Origin: Dehalococcoidia bacterium
GTDB lineage: Bacteria; Chloroflexota; Dehalococcoidia; GIF9; UBA5629
Direction: 5' to 3'
Length of the DNA: 64,000 nucleotides
NCBI GenBank assembly: GCA_034435835.1
Contig: DAOTWF010000017.1
Span: 145,113 to 209,112, forward strand
Shown here one piece after another: positions 31,212-40,774 of this stretch (positions are counted from its first letter, which is position 1; every line of letters starts with the position of its first letter). The notes beneath the pieces are model-generated. The model was given only the letters and a program-made list of their open reading frames with translations. It ran no database searches and had not been told where the DNA came from. The position numbers and the translations under genes were made by a program.

Positions 31212-34200
31212 TTAGCGCCTGCCAGCCAGAGCTAGCCCGACCTTGTTCACCAGGTCGGCGGCGCTGAACGGTTTGACAAGGGAAGGAAGCTTGTTTTCGG
31301 AGAGGAACCTTTCGGTCTCAGGGCTGACGACATCACCGGTGACGAACACCACCCTGGGCGCCAGCGACCGGGCTATCCGCCGGAGGCGCTGGTAGAGATG
31401 GATGCCACTCATCCCGGGCATTTTGATGTCGATAAGGATGAGGTGGTACCTCTGTTTCTGAATCTTCTCCAGGGCTTCCTCGGCTTTGGCTGCTGCGTCC
31501 ACCTCGCAGCCCTGCTCGCCGAGCGCCGTGGTCACAAACTGTCTGATGACCGGCTCATCGTCCACCACCAGTATCTTGACACCGGCCAGCTCCGCCTTCA
31601 GCTCAATGGGCAACTGTACGGGCTGTGGCGCCTCAGTGACCACAGGCAGTTCCACTATAAAGGTGGCGCCCCTGCCCGGCTTGCTTTGGGCATATATCCT
31701 GCCGTTGTGTTCGGTGACGATGCCGTAGCACAGGCTCAAGCCCAAACCCGTGCCCTCGCCCGCAGGTCTGGTGGTGAAGAAGGGGTCGAATATCCTGTCC
31801 ATTACCTCCGGCTTTATCCCGGGACCGTTGTCCCTGACCTTTATCTCGATGATGCCGCCCCTCTTTCTGGTGGTGATGGTCAGCTTCCCCTTGCGGCGCA
31901 CCTCCTTCAGTGCCTGCTCGGCGTTGATGATCAGGTTGAGCAGGACCTGCTGTATCTGTCCGGGGTCAGCTACGGTATCGGGAAGGCGAGGGTCAAGCCT
32001 GGCGGTGACCTCTATATTGTTTGTCCTCAGGCTGTAAGCCCGCAGGGCGAGGGTGCTCTCGATAAGCTGGTTGATGTTCACCGCCCGGCGTTCCAGCTTG
32101 GTCTGGCGGGAGAAGGCAAGCAGCCGCTGTACGATGCCAGCCACCCGCTGGGCGCCGTCGTTAATCACCTTCAGGTCGCGTCTGACATCTTCCGGCAGGT
32201 CCTGGCGGCTTAGCAAAAGCTGGGCGTAGCCCACCACGCCGGTGAGCGGGTTGTTTATCTCGTGGGCAACGCCGGCAGCCATCTCGCCCACCGAAGCCAG
32301 CCTGCTAGCCATCTGGGCTCTGAGCTCTAGCAGTCTTCTCTGCTCCTCAACCTTTTTGCGCTCGGTGACGTCCCGGGCAACGCCGCGGAAGCCAACTATC
32401 TCGCTCTTCTCGTTGCGCAGCGGCAGGATGGTCCGCTCGATAAAGATTCTCCTCCCGTTCTTGGTGATGGCGGTTCCTGGGAACCACCTCACCGGCTCAC
32501 CGGTGCGGTACACCCTGTTAAATGTCTGGAAATTGGCGTCCCATTCCTCCTTGGGCAGAAACTGACGGTAGTTCATGCCGCACAGTTCCTCTCTGGAATA
32601 GCCGAGGGCGCGCACTATGGCGTCGCCGCAGAAGGTCATATTGCCACGGAGGTCAGTCTCAAAGTACCCTTCATCCGCCTCCTCGAGCACGGTGCGGTAT
32701 CTCTCCTCAGACCTCCTCAGCGCCTCCTCCATTTGCTTGCGTTCTGTAATATCTGTGTCCAGCACCAGAGCCGCGGGCTTGTCCTCCCAGGTGACGGTGG
32801 TAGCATGCCTGTCCAGCCACCTTGTGTTTCCCTGTTTGTCTATGATCCTGAATTCGTATCTGGTAGGGGCGGGCTCGCCGCGCAGCCTTCGCTCGTGGTA
32901 GCCTATCACCCTGTCGCGGTCATCGGGGTGGATAAGGTTTTGCGCTGGCATGGCGTTCAGTTCCTCTACGGTATAGCCAGATATCTCGCGCACCTTGGTA
33001 TTGGCGAACTTGATTATGCCGTCCTGCACGACTGAGATGGCTTCGTTGGCGTTCTCCACCAGGGTGCGGTACCTCTCCTCCGAAAGCTTCAGCGCCTCCT
33101 CAGCCTTCTTGCGCTCGGTGATGTCCAAAGTCACCTCGATCAGTTCCACCACCTTACCGCTGGCGTCCTTAACCGGGTAGCCCCTGATGAGCCAGCGCCT
33201 GCCGTCAGGCGTAGCTATTTCGCCCTCCTGAGGTTCGCCCGTATCCCTTGCCTTTGCCACCGGGCAGCCTGTGCAGGGCTGGCTTGACTGGTGCCATATC
33301 TGGTGGCAGTAGTGCCCTACAAGTTCTTCGGGGGTGAGGTTCACCGACTGGGCAGCAGCCCGGTTTACCCATAGGATGCGGTGCCGCAGGTCCTGACGGA
33401 CGACGAGCTCTGACATGGTGCTGAGGATGATGGACTTCTCCCGCTCGCTCGCCTTCAGCGCCTCCTCCATCTTCTTCCGTTCGGTGATATCGCGGATGTT
33501 GCACTGGAAGAGCTTGCGGTTGCCCACCTCGTATTCGCTGGAGACGAATTCTGCATCCACCCTGCGCCCGTCCTTGGCTCGCAGCAGCAGGTGTTCATAG
33601 CGGACATACCCCTTTTTCTTTAACTCCTCGAAGGCAGCCTTGCTTTTATCGACGTCCTCGAAAAAGCCCAGTTCCCAGAGGCGTTTTCCCTGTAGCTCCT
33701 CGCGGCTGTAGCCCAGCCGGTACATGATGGACGGGTTGGCATCGATTATCTCGCCGCTGTCGCCCTCGAGGATGAGTATGCCGTCCAGGGATGACTCAAA
33801 GAGGCGGCGGTAACGGGCTTCAGAGTCCTGAAGCGCCCTTTCCAGCTTTTTGCGCTCGGTGATATCGATGATGGTTGACCTGACCGCAGGCCTGCCATCG
33901 TACTCCATGATGCTTACATGAGCTTCCACCCATCTCACCCTACCATCTTTACGAATGCCGCAGTATTCATAGCTTGTGGGCACATTCTCGCCAGCGAGCC
34001 GTTGCCGGAAATATCCCCAGACCTTCTCCCGGTCATCGGGGTGCACACTTGCCTTCACTTGTTCGGGCGTCAGCGAATAGAGTTCTTCTTGACTGTATCC
34101 TGTCATTTCGCAATACTTGGGGTTGGCGTAGACGATTCGGGGACCTTCGACTACCACCACAACACCGACCTGTCCCTGCTCAGTAAGGGCCCGGTACCTT

Positions 34201-34922
34201 TCCTCGCTCTGCCGCAGCTCGGTCTGCATCTGGCGTTCCCGCTCCAGGTTGTTGAGCCAGTGCTGCACTTCTACCTCAGCCAGCTTGCCGCCGAGGTAGT
34301 CCTCGGGCGGCACATAATAGAAGTTGTGGTATACGCGGCTGCCCTTGATGAGCAGGGGGTGGGTCATCACCACACCTTTAAGTATCTCGGGATCGAATTT
34401 CCAGCGGTCGTACTGGCAGATGGCGAGGGCAGGATACCCGGGGCAGAAGTCCTTATTTAGCTTTGCTTCGTATTCCAGGAGCCTCTCCGAGCCCGGAAGG
34501 TTACGCAGCACCCAGGTCATCTCGCCGGTGATGCGGACTGCGGGGTAGCCCTGAGAAAGGGCTTTTTCAGTTTCCTCGATGAGAAAGGCTATCATCCTGT
34601 CGGGGTCGAAATAGCCTTCCCTGGTGTAAGCTCTGCTCTCGTGGAGGATGGAGAGCTGTCCCGACCTTTCCACCGCCGCCACGTCTACACCCCCTTCCTT
34701 AAGGTGGCTGCGGACATCATTGGCGGTGCTGGTATCGACGATGTAGATGCACTTCTCGCCGCGCTTGAGTCCGATGGCGATGAAGGGCACCACAACAGCT
34801 ATCCGTTCCTGCGGCGACTCGTAGATGAGGCAGAGATGGTCGTGAGGTTTCAGCCCCTCGAGCATCTGCCTGAGGGTCATCTCCCCCGGCTGGATGCCAT
34901 AACCTGCACCACCCATACCCAT
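31212..34922 (-). CDS. hybrid sensor histidine kinase: N-terminal MEDS domain, about 7 PAS domains, HisKA, HATPase_c and a C-terminal receiver
   Basis: 1236 aa. MEDS-like N-terminus (HLCLIYESPQERIAVVVPFI). Repeated PAS cores (ITERKK linkers). H-box HEINNPLTGVVGYAQLL. G-box GTGLGLSL. C-terminal ILVVDDEPVIR...D receiver. Confidence 0.88.
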   Translation of the reverse strand: MGMGGAGYGIQPGEMTLRQMLEGLKPHDHLCLIYESPQERIAVVVPFIAIGLKRGEKCIYIVDTSTANDVRSHLKEGGVDVAAVERSGQLSILHESRAYTREGYFDPDRMIAFLIEETEKALSQGYPAVRITGEMTWVLRNLPGSERLLEYEAKLNKDFCPGYPALAICQYDRWKFDPEILKGVVMTHPLLIKGSRVYHNFYYVPPEDYLGGKLAEVEVQHWLNNLERERQMQTELRQSEERYRALTEQGQVGVVVVVEGPRIVYANPKYCEMTGYSQEELYSLTPEQVKASVHPDDREKVWGYFRQRLAGENVPTSYEYCGIRKDGRVRWVEAHVSIMEYDGRPAVRSTIIDITERKKLERALQDSEARYRRLFESSLDGILILEGDSGEIIDANPSIMYRLGYSREELQGKRLWELGFFEDVDKSKAAFEELKKKGYVRYEHLLLRAKDGRRVDAEFVSSEYEVGNRKLFQCNIRDITERKKMEEALKASEREKSIILSTMSELVVRQDLRHRILWVNRAAAQSVNLTPEELVGHYCHQIWHQSSQPCTGCPVAKARDTGEPQEGEIATPDGRRWLIRGYPVKDASGKVVELIEVTLDITERKKAEEALKLSEERYRTLVENANEAISVVQDGIIKFANTKVREISGYTVEELNAMPAQNLIHPDDRDRVIGYHERRLRGEPAPTRYEFRIIDKQGNTRWLDRHATTVTWEDKPAALVLDTDITERKQMEEALRRSEERYRTVLEEADEGYFETDLRGNMTFCGDAIVRALGYSREELCGMNYRQFLPKEEWDANFQTFNRVYRTGEPVRWFPGTAITKNGRRIFIERTILPLRNEKSEIVGFRGVARDVTERKKVEEQRRLLELRAQMASRLASVGEMAAGVAHEINNPLTGVVGYAQLLLSRQDLPEDVRRDLKVINDGAQRVAGIVQRLLAFSRQTKLERRAVNINQLIESTLALRAYSLRTNNIEVTARLDPRLPDTVADPGQIQQVLLNLIINAEQALKEVRRKGKLTITTRKRGGIIEIKVRDNGPGIKPEVMDRIFDPFFTTRPAGEGTGLGLSLCYGIVTEHNGRIYAQSKPGRGATFIVELPVVTEAPQPVQLPIELKAELAGVKILVVDDEPVIRQFVTTALGEQGCEVDAAAKAEEALEKIQKQRYHLILIDIKMPGMSGIHLYQRLRRIARSLAPRVVFVTGDVVSPETERFLSENKLPSLVKPFSAADLVNKVGLALAGRR

Positions 34923-35035
34923 AACACCCCTCCTTCGAGAGCAGGGCTAGTCCCCTGGAATGGCTCTCACTTACGATATTTGCACAACATGTTCGGAATG
35001 TCAAGCTTTGCTGCGAAGGGAAAGGCGAGGGTGGG

Positions 35036-37315
35036 TTATTGGGGTGAAGATAGAACCTTGAGCAGGATGATGGCGGCTTTTTTGTCCAGGGGCTCGTTGT
35101 TGTTGCCGCACTTGGGCGACTGTACACAACTGGGGCAGCCATCCTCACAGGGACAGCCCTGCACGGCATCGAGCGTAGCCCTCCACAGCTTTTCGATGAC
35201 CTCAAAGCCTTTCCGGGCGATACCGATGCCCCCCGGGTAAGCATCGTAGATGAATATCTGGGACTTGCCGGTATCGGCATGGAGCGGAGTGGAGACGCCA
35301 CCGATATCGTTGCGGTCGCACAGGGCAAACAGGGGCAGTATGGCTATGGCGGCGTGCTCGGCGGCGTGCAAGCCACCGGCGAGGTCGAGCCCCTCCTCAG
35401 CTATCTGCTCCATGGCTTTCCCGGGCAGGTCGAACCACAGTGCCTGGGTGAAAAAGCGGATGGGCGGCAGGTCCAGCGGCTCCTCGCCGATGACCTCCTC
35501 GGTGAACTGCATCTTCTTCTTGTAGCCGACCACGTTGTTGGTAACCTCTACCTCGCCGAAACATACCTTCACCCCGGCGCAGGTCTTTTCCAGGGTCTTG
35601 TTCCTTATGCTGATGTCTATTATCTCCTTGGTCTGGGTGTAGTAATTGACGTCTGCGGGCACGGCGATGGCGAGCTTCCGCTGTAGATCGAGCTCCTGAA
35701 TCAGGTAGGACTCGCCCTGGTGGAGATAGACGGCGCCGGGATGGATCTGGAAGAAGGCGACGCTGGCTTCCACGGTCTCCAGCAGTGTGCCGCCCTGCGA
35801 GGCGTCCAGGATGGCATAGGCCTCGCCTGAGCTCGACCTGATGTTGATTCCGGCGGCGGGCTGGGCAAGCCTCGGTGACAGGTACCACCTGGAATCCACC
35901 CTCCTCAACTTGCCTTCCGCCTCCAGTTCGGCGATGCTACCTTTGAGCACCTCGCCGAAGAACTGGCTGTCAGCCTCGGTCAGCGGCGTTTCCCAGGCGG
36001 CGCAGAGCAGGTGTGACTTGAGGATGTTGGGGTTCTCCCAGTTTATCAGGGCATGTTCGAAGTTGCTCCCAAAGAAGTGGTCGGGGTGGTTCATCAGGTA
36101 CTGGTCGAGGGGGTCATCGTGAGCGATGAGGAAGCTCAGGGAGCTGCCGCCCCTGCGTCCACTCCTTCCCGCCTGCTGCCAGGTGCTGGAGATGCTGCCG
36201 GGATAGCCGACCAGGACGGTGGCTTCGAGGTCGCCGATGTCTATGCCCAGCTCCAGGGCGTTGGTGGCTACTGCCCCCAGGAGTTCACCCTCGAACAGCG
36301 CCTTCTCAATCCGGCGGCGGAGTTCGGGCAAATAGCCGGCGCGGTAGGGGCTGATGCGTTCGGCGAGCTCCGGCTCGAGCTGATTTCTGGCGTAAAGGTA
36401 GACGAGCTCGGTCAGCTTCCGCGTGCGGGTGAACGCCAGGCTGCGGATGTTGTTGCGGACAAGTTCGGTGAACAGGAAGGTGGCTTCGCTGTTGGCGCTG
36501 TGCCGCCCCGCCTTCTTTTCAGTAAGCGGTGGGTTCCAGAAGGCGAACAGCTTACCACCGTAGGGGGAGCCGTCATCGTCCACCACCTCGAAGGGGAGCC
36601 CCACCAGCCTCTGGGCGTGCTCGCCGGGGTTGGCGATGGTGGCGGAGCAGCAGATGAACCGGGGGTTTGAGCCGCAGAGGGCGCAGATGCGGCGCAGCCG
36701 CCTGAGGATATTTGCCACATGTGAGCCGAAGATGCCCCGGTATACATGCGCCTCGTCCACCACGACGTACTTCAGGTTGCGAAATAGCCGTGACCAGGAG
36801 CCGTGGTTGGGCAGGATGCCGATGTGCAGCATATCGGGGTTGGTGAGCACGATCTTAGCCCGTTTCTTTATCTCCCTCCGCTCTGGAGCGGGAGTATCGC
36901 CGTCAAAGGTGGCGCAGTCGGAATAGCCGATTAATTCCGGGCTGGCAAGTTCGCGGAGGCTGCGGAGCTGGTCCTGCGCCAGGGCTTTGGTGGGGAACAG
37001 GTAGAGGGCGCGGGCGAAGGGGTCTTCGGCGATTGCCTGGAGCACCGCCAGATTGTAGCACAGCGTCTTGCCGCTGGCGCTGGCGGTGGCTACCATTACA
37101 TTTTTGCTGCTGCGGGCGGCGTTAACTGCCTGGGCTTGATGGCTGTAGAGTGAGGTTATGCCCAAAGCCCTCAGTCTGGCTTCGAGCTTGGGGTGGAGCG
37201 GTCTCTCCAGTTCGCCGCTTCTGGGCTCACGGGGTGGGATATGCTGGATGTGGACGAGCTGCTGCTTATAGTCGGGGTGTGTCGTCAGATGGTGGATGAA
37301 GGCGTCGGCGTACAT
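35036..37315 (-). CDS. DEAD/DEAH-box helicase of the MrfA/YprA (COG1205) family with a C-terminal DUF1998 zinc-binding domain
   Basis: 759 aa. Walker A ASGKT, DEAH-like box DEAH, helicase C domain. C-terminal CPCEDGCPSCV...C four-Cys cluster. Confidence 0.85.
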   Translation of the reverse strand: MYADAFIHHLTTHPDYKQQLVHIQHIPPREPRSGELERPLHPKLEARLRALGITSLYSHQAQAVNAARSSKNVMVATASASGKTLCYNLAVLQAIAEDPFARALYLFPTKALAQDQLRSLRELASPELIGYSDCATFDGDTPAPERREIKKRAKIVLTNPDMLHIGILPNHGSWSRLFRNLKYVVVDEAHVYRGIFGSHVANILRRLRRICALCGSNPRFICCSATIANPGEHAQRLVGLPFEVVDDDGSPYGGKLFAFWNPPLTEKKAGRHSANSEATFLFTELVRNNIRSLAFTRTRKLTELVYLYARNQLEPELAERISPYRAGYLPELRRRIEKALFEGELLGAVATNALELGIDIGDLEATVLVGYPGSISSTWQQAGRSGRRGGSSLSFLIAHDDPLDQYLMNHPDHFFGSNFEHALINWENPNILKSHLLCAAWETPLTEADSQFFGEVLKGSIAELEAEGKLRRVDSRWYLSPRLAQPAAGINIRSSSGEAYAILDASQGGTLLETVEASVAFFQIHPGAVYLHQGESYLIQELDLQRKLAIAVPADVNYYTQTKEIIDISIRNKTLEKTCAGVKVCFGEVEVTNNVVGYKKKMQFTEEVIGEEPLDLPPIRFFTQALWFDLPGKAMEQIAEEGLDLAGGLHAAEHAAIAILPLFALCDRNDIGGVSTPLHADTGKSQIFIYDAYPGGIGIARKGFEVIEKLWRATLDAVQGCPCEDGCPSCVQSPKCGNNNEPLDKKAAIILLKVLSSPQ

Positions 37316-37327
37316 AGCAGCCCGCTG

Positions 37328-37621
37328 CTAGTGAGCGGGCAAAATCTCGATCGCCCGCTCCACTATTTCCACCTCGGGATAGTTCTGGGTGATGAAGTTC
37401 ACCGCGCGGCTGAGTATTTCGTCAACGTGCTGGTCGTGGTTGCTCACACACGCTATACCCAGAGTTGCCATCTGCCAAAGGTCGAGGTCGTCTACCTCGG
37501 CTATGGAGATGTTATACTGGCTGCGCAGGCGGGAGATTATGGACTTGACTGTGCGCCTTTTGTCCTTAAGTGACTGGCTTCCGTGGAGGTGGAGCCTTAT
37601 CTGACAGATGCCCGCGTTCAT
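37328..37621 (-). CDS. DUF503 (YlxP-like) family protein
   Basis: 97 aa. Begins with a hydrophobic core ICQIRLHLHGSQSLKDKR, characteristic of DUF503. Confidence 0.65.
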   Translation of the reverse strand: MNAGICQIRLHLHGSQSLKDKRRTVKSIISRLRSQYNISIAEVDDLDLWQMATLGIACVSNHDQHVDEILSRAVNFITQNYPEVEIVERAIEILPAH

Positions 37622-37680
37622 TTCTTCAAGCCAGCGCCCTCGGCGGGGGAGTGACTGAGGGCGCCTTTTTTATCTAACTG

Positions 37681-37971
37681 CTACTTGCGTTTCTTTTCGG
37701 CATAGCAGGTGCTGCAGTAAACCGGGCGGTCATCCTTAGGTTCGAATGGTACCTCACACTCGGCGCCACAGTTGGCGCAGACTGCCTGGTACATCGTCTT
37801 TGATTGACCGTAGCCACGGTAGCGACTCTGTCGCCTGGCTGCCCGACATTCGGGGCAGCGACCGGGTTGGTTCTGTAGCCCTCGCGACCGATAGAACTCT
37901 TGCTCACCGACGGTGAAGACGAAGCTTCTCCCGCATTCGGAGCAAGTAAGGGTCTTGTCCGCTAGAGCCAA
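37681..37971 (-). CDS. zinc-ribbon domain protein (two CxxC...CxxC pairs)
   Basis: 96 aa. TTG start 7 nt after AAGGAGG. CSECG...CPEC and CANCG...CSTC. Confidence 0.7.
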   Translation of the reverse strand: MALADKTLTCSECGRSFVFTVGEQEFYRSRGLQNQPGRCPECRAARRQSRYRGYGQSKTMYQAVCANCGAECEVPFEPKDDRPVYCSTCYAEKKRK

Positions 37972-38291
37972 TTCCGTGCCTCCTTGTTGTGTTACTGTGA
38001 CCTGTTCTGCTGCAGTCTCTGCGGCACAAGACCTCTCTTACCGCGCCGCAAGGAAAAACCCTTTGGCTCCCGGTCTCCCCCCAAGAGGGTGCCGAACCAG
38101 GGAACGGCACCAGCCAGGTTCTGTACACGCCTTCTAGTGTAGTCCAATATCACCACCGCGTCAAGTTGACCCTCCACCTTCCTTCCCCTCAAGGGAGAGG
38201 AGGTTCACGGTAAGCCCCCCACTGACGCTGAATCCCCCAACTATTTTCAGCATTGCCCCCTGTCTCCCCAGCAGCGAGCCAGCACCAGCCC

Positions 38292-38342
38292 TTGACACAA
38301 CCATCCCTTGATGTTATACTATTGCTACTGCAATTGATTGCA
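38292..38342 (+). promoter_or_regulatory. sigma70-like promoter (TTGACA-17-TATACT) followed immediately by the palindrome TGCAATTGATTGCA: candidate Zur-type operator for the downstream ICMT-ABC transporter operon
   Basis: TTGACA at 38292-38297, TATACT at 38315-38320 with a 17-nt spacer. ATTGC half-site at 38321-38325. Palindrome TGCAAT-TG-ATTGCA at 38329-38342. Confidence 0.5.
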
Positions 38343-38631
38343 ATCACGAGTATTAGCATCCAGGCAAATTGGTTGAGGCAAAGAGGTGACTATTTTTCGG
38401 ACAGGTCTGAATCGGGGTACGGGTGCGGTGACGATATGGATTGAGGCGGCTTGTGGTTTGAGGCCGATCCTGGCGTGTGCCGCCTTGAAGGTGTGAGGGA
38501 GTTTGCCCAGATGTTGCTCGATTTCTATCAGTCCAGTATGGAAGAGAAGAAAACAGTGGCAGAGGTTTCCGAGAATTTGCTGCGGCAGGCGCTGGAGGGG
38601 TGGGAAGGTGACCGAAGTGGAGGGGAATAAC

Positions 38632-39117
38632 GTGCTGGACTGGTATGCTAGGAACAAGTTTCTGGTGGGGATGACAATTGAGTTTCCCGTGCTTATCCTT
38701 GGCGGGCTAGCAGGGATGGCATTTTCCTTGCTGAAGCTGCACCTTTTCCCTTGGGTAAACGCTATAGGTTTAGTGTTCTTGGCGGCTGGCTATGTGATCC
38801 ATCTGGGCTACGCCCATGGGGAGTTTAAAAAGCTGGGCGTCGCGCCTCATGGCAAAAGCGGTATACCTGAGGTGCTGGTGACCTCTGGCATATATTCCAG
38901 AATCAGGCATCCGGGGTATCTGGGCTTGATCCTGATTTATTTCGGTCTAGCCGTTATCTTTGGGACCGTCTGGATGCTCATCCCTGCGGCGCTTTTTGCT
39001 ACTCTGACCGGCATGACGGCTTTGAAAGAGGAAAGACTGTTGAAGCAGCACTTCGGGGAAAAGTACGAAGAATATGCGGCTAAGGTGCCTTGGCGGTTTA
39101 TCCCAGGGGTATTCTAG
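38632..39117 (+). CDS. isoprenylcysteine carboxyl methyltransferase (ICMT/PEMT) family membrane methyltransferase
   Basis: GTG start after GGAGGGG. The ICMT family C-terminal motif RHPGYLG...EE. The track ORF extends upstream to 38503. Confidence 0.7.
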   Translation: MLDWYARNKFLVGMTIEFPVLILGGLAGMAFSLLKLHLFPWVNAIGLVFLAAGYVIHLGYAHGEFKKLGVAPHGKSGIPEVLVTSGIYSRIRHPGYLGLILIYFGLAVIFGTVWMLIPAALFATLTGMTALKEERLLKQHFGEKYEEYAAKVPWRFIPGVF

Positions 39118-39149
39118 TCAACGGCGGAACAAATAAGAAGGAGGTAAAA

Positions 39150-39995
39150 ATGAAGTCAAAACTCTGGCTGATTACCATAGCGGTGGCTGTAGCCCTGTTA
39201 GCAGGGCTGCCTGCGTGCACCCCTGCTTCCGCTGACGTTGTGGCAGGCTCTTCGCACATCGCCAACATCATCGCCGACGTCTCCGCCGGCAAGCTCAAGG
39301 TACGGGTGCTGATACCGCCGGAGGCATGTCCGGGGCATTACGACATTAAGCCGGGGGACATCGCGGCGCTGACGAAATCAAAAGCGCTCATAATCCACGA
39401 TTACCAGCAAAACATGAAAAATGTCACCTCTGCTATCGAGGCGGCTAAAAACCCCAACCTTATCGTCAAGGTTGTCGAGGTTAAAGGCAACTGGATGGTG
39501 CCCTCGGTGCAGGCTGAGGGGGTGACCAAGGTCGCCGAGATACTGGCTGGGTTAGACAGAGAAAATGCCGACTTTTACCGTCAACGTGCTGAGCAGAGGA
39601 AGAGGGAAATCTTAGCTAAAGGCGATGAGGTGAAGAAGCGGCTGGAGGCGGCAAACTTAAGCCAGGTGAAGGTGATATGTGCAGACAAGCAGCTCGGTTT
39701 TGTAAAATGGGCGGGGTTTAACGTGGTTGCCAGCTATGGCCGCCCCGAGGAGCTTAGCGTCGGCGACGTGGAGAAGCTGGTGAAGCAGGCGAGGGAGGCT
39801 GGAGCGGTGTTGGTCATCGATAACCTGCAGAGCGGCGCCACCGCCACCAGTGAAGCCATGGCGAGGGATATCGGTGCGGTGCAGGTGACCATCTCCAACT
39901 TTCCCGGTGGGCTTAAGGGGACTGAGAGCTGGGAGAAGGCGATGGACAGGAATGTGGAGCTGCTGTTTGGGGCTTTAGACAAGGTAAGGAAATGA
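39150..39995 (+). CDS. metal (Zn/Mn) ABC transporter substrate-binding lipoprotein, TroA/ZnuA family
   Basis: ATG at 39150 after AAGGAGG. Signal peptide with an LPAC lipobox. Cluster-9 SBP-like fold residues (HIANII, CPGHYD). Confidence 0.82.
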   Translation: MKSKLWLITIAVAVALLAGLPACTPASADVVAGSSHIANIIADVSAGKLKVRVLIPPEACPGHYDIKPGDIAALTKSKALIIHDYQQNMKNVTSAIEAAKNPNLIVKVVEVKGNWMVPSVQAEGVTKVAEILAGLDRENADFYRQRAEQRKREILAKGDEVKKRLEAANLSQVKVICADKQLGFVKWAGFNVVASYGRPEELSVGDVEKLVKQAREAGAVLVIDNLQSGATATSEAMARDIGAVQVTISNFPGGLKGTESWEKAMDRNVELLFGALDKVRK

Positions 39996-40774
39996 TGGAT
40001 GGGGCTGTTATCAGGCTGAAAGACGCCGTGGTCTCCTACCGGGAGGACGTGGCGCTTGAGGGGGTGTCGCTGGAGGTGATGCGGGGGGAGTTTGTGGGCA
40101 TCATCGGGCCCAACGGTGCCGGTAAGACCACGCTGCTCACCGTCATCAACGGGTTGGCACGGCTGGTGCATGGTGAGGCATGGGTGCTGGGGATGAGGGT
40201 GGACAGGAGGAACGGGATTGAGCTACGGAAGCGCATCGGTTATGTAGCCCAGGTGGAGAACATCGACCCCCGCCTTCCCATCAGCGTCCGCGAGACGGTG
40301 CTGGTGGGGTGTTATGGCAAGCTGGGCTTTTTCCGCCGCCCCACAAGAGCCGAGCGGGAGGCAGTGGACCATGTGCTGGAGCTTGTGGGCATCAGCCACC
40401 TGGCGGAGCGCCCCGTCGGACACCTCTCAGGAGGGGAGTACCAGAGGGCAGCCATCGCCCGGGCTCTGGTGCAGCAGCCGGAGATACTGCTATTGGACGA
40501 GCCCACAGCCTCTCTTGATCCGCCGGCGCAGAGGGACATTTTGAGCCTTGTCCAGCTCATCCATGCGCAGCAGCACATCACCACCCTCTATGTCACCCAC
40601 GACCTCAGGACCTTGCCCTCCGTGTGCCAGCGGGTGGTGATGATGAGGGACGGCAGGATATGGCGGCAGGGCAGCCCCGATGCTGTGCTGAGGGCGGAGG
40701 TGCTCGCTAAGCTCTACGGGGCTCCGTCGTCGGTGGAACCGGATGGCAGCTGGTCAACGAGGTCAGTCAGGTGA
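39992..40774 (+). CDS. metal ABC transporter ATP-binding protein (ZnuC-like)
   Basis: 260 aa. Walker A GPNGAGKTT, ABC signature LSGGEYQR, Walker B LLLDEP. Confidence 0.9.
   Translation: MMDGAVIRLKDAVVSYREDVALEGVSLEVMRGEFVGIIGPNGAGKTTLLTVINGLARLVHGEAWVLGMRVDRRNGIELRKRIGYVAQVENIDPRLPISVRETVLVGCYGKLGFFRRPTRAEREAVDHVLELVGISHLAERPVGHLSGGEYQRAAIARALVQQPEILLLDEPTASLDPPAQRDILSLVQLIHAQQHITTLYVTHDLRTLPSVCQRVVMMRDGRIWRQGSPDAVLRAEVLAKLYGAPSSVEPDGSWSTRSVR

Noticed and set aside
38000-38250. Considered whether the GC-rich hairpin-containing segment is a stand-alone small RNA (6S-like) gene
   Set aside because: It lies directly between a promoter-like element and the RBS of the zinc-ribbon gene on the same strand. 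It is therefore more simply a 5' leader. No 6S-type central bubble symmetry could be established by eye.
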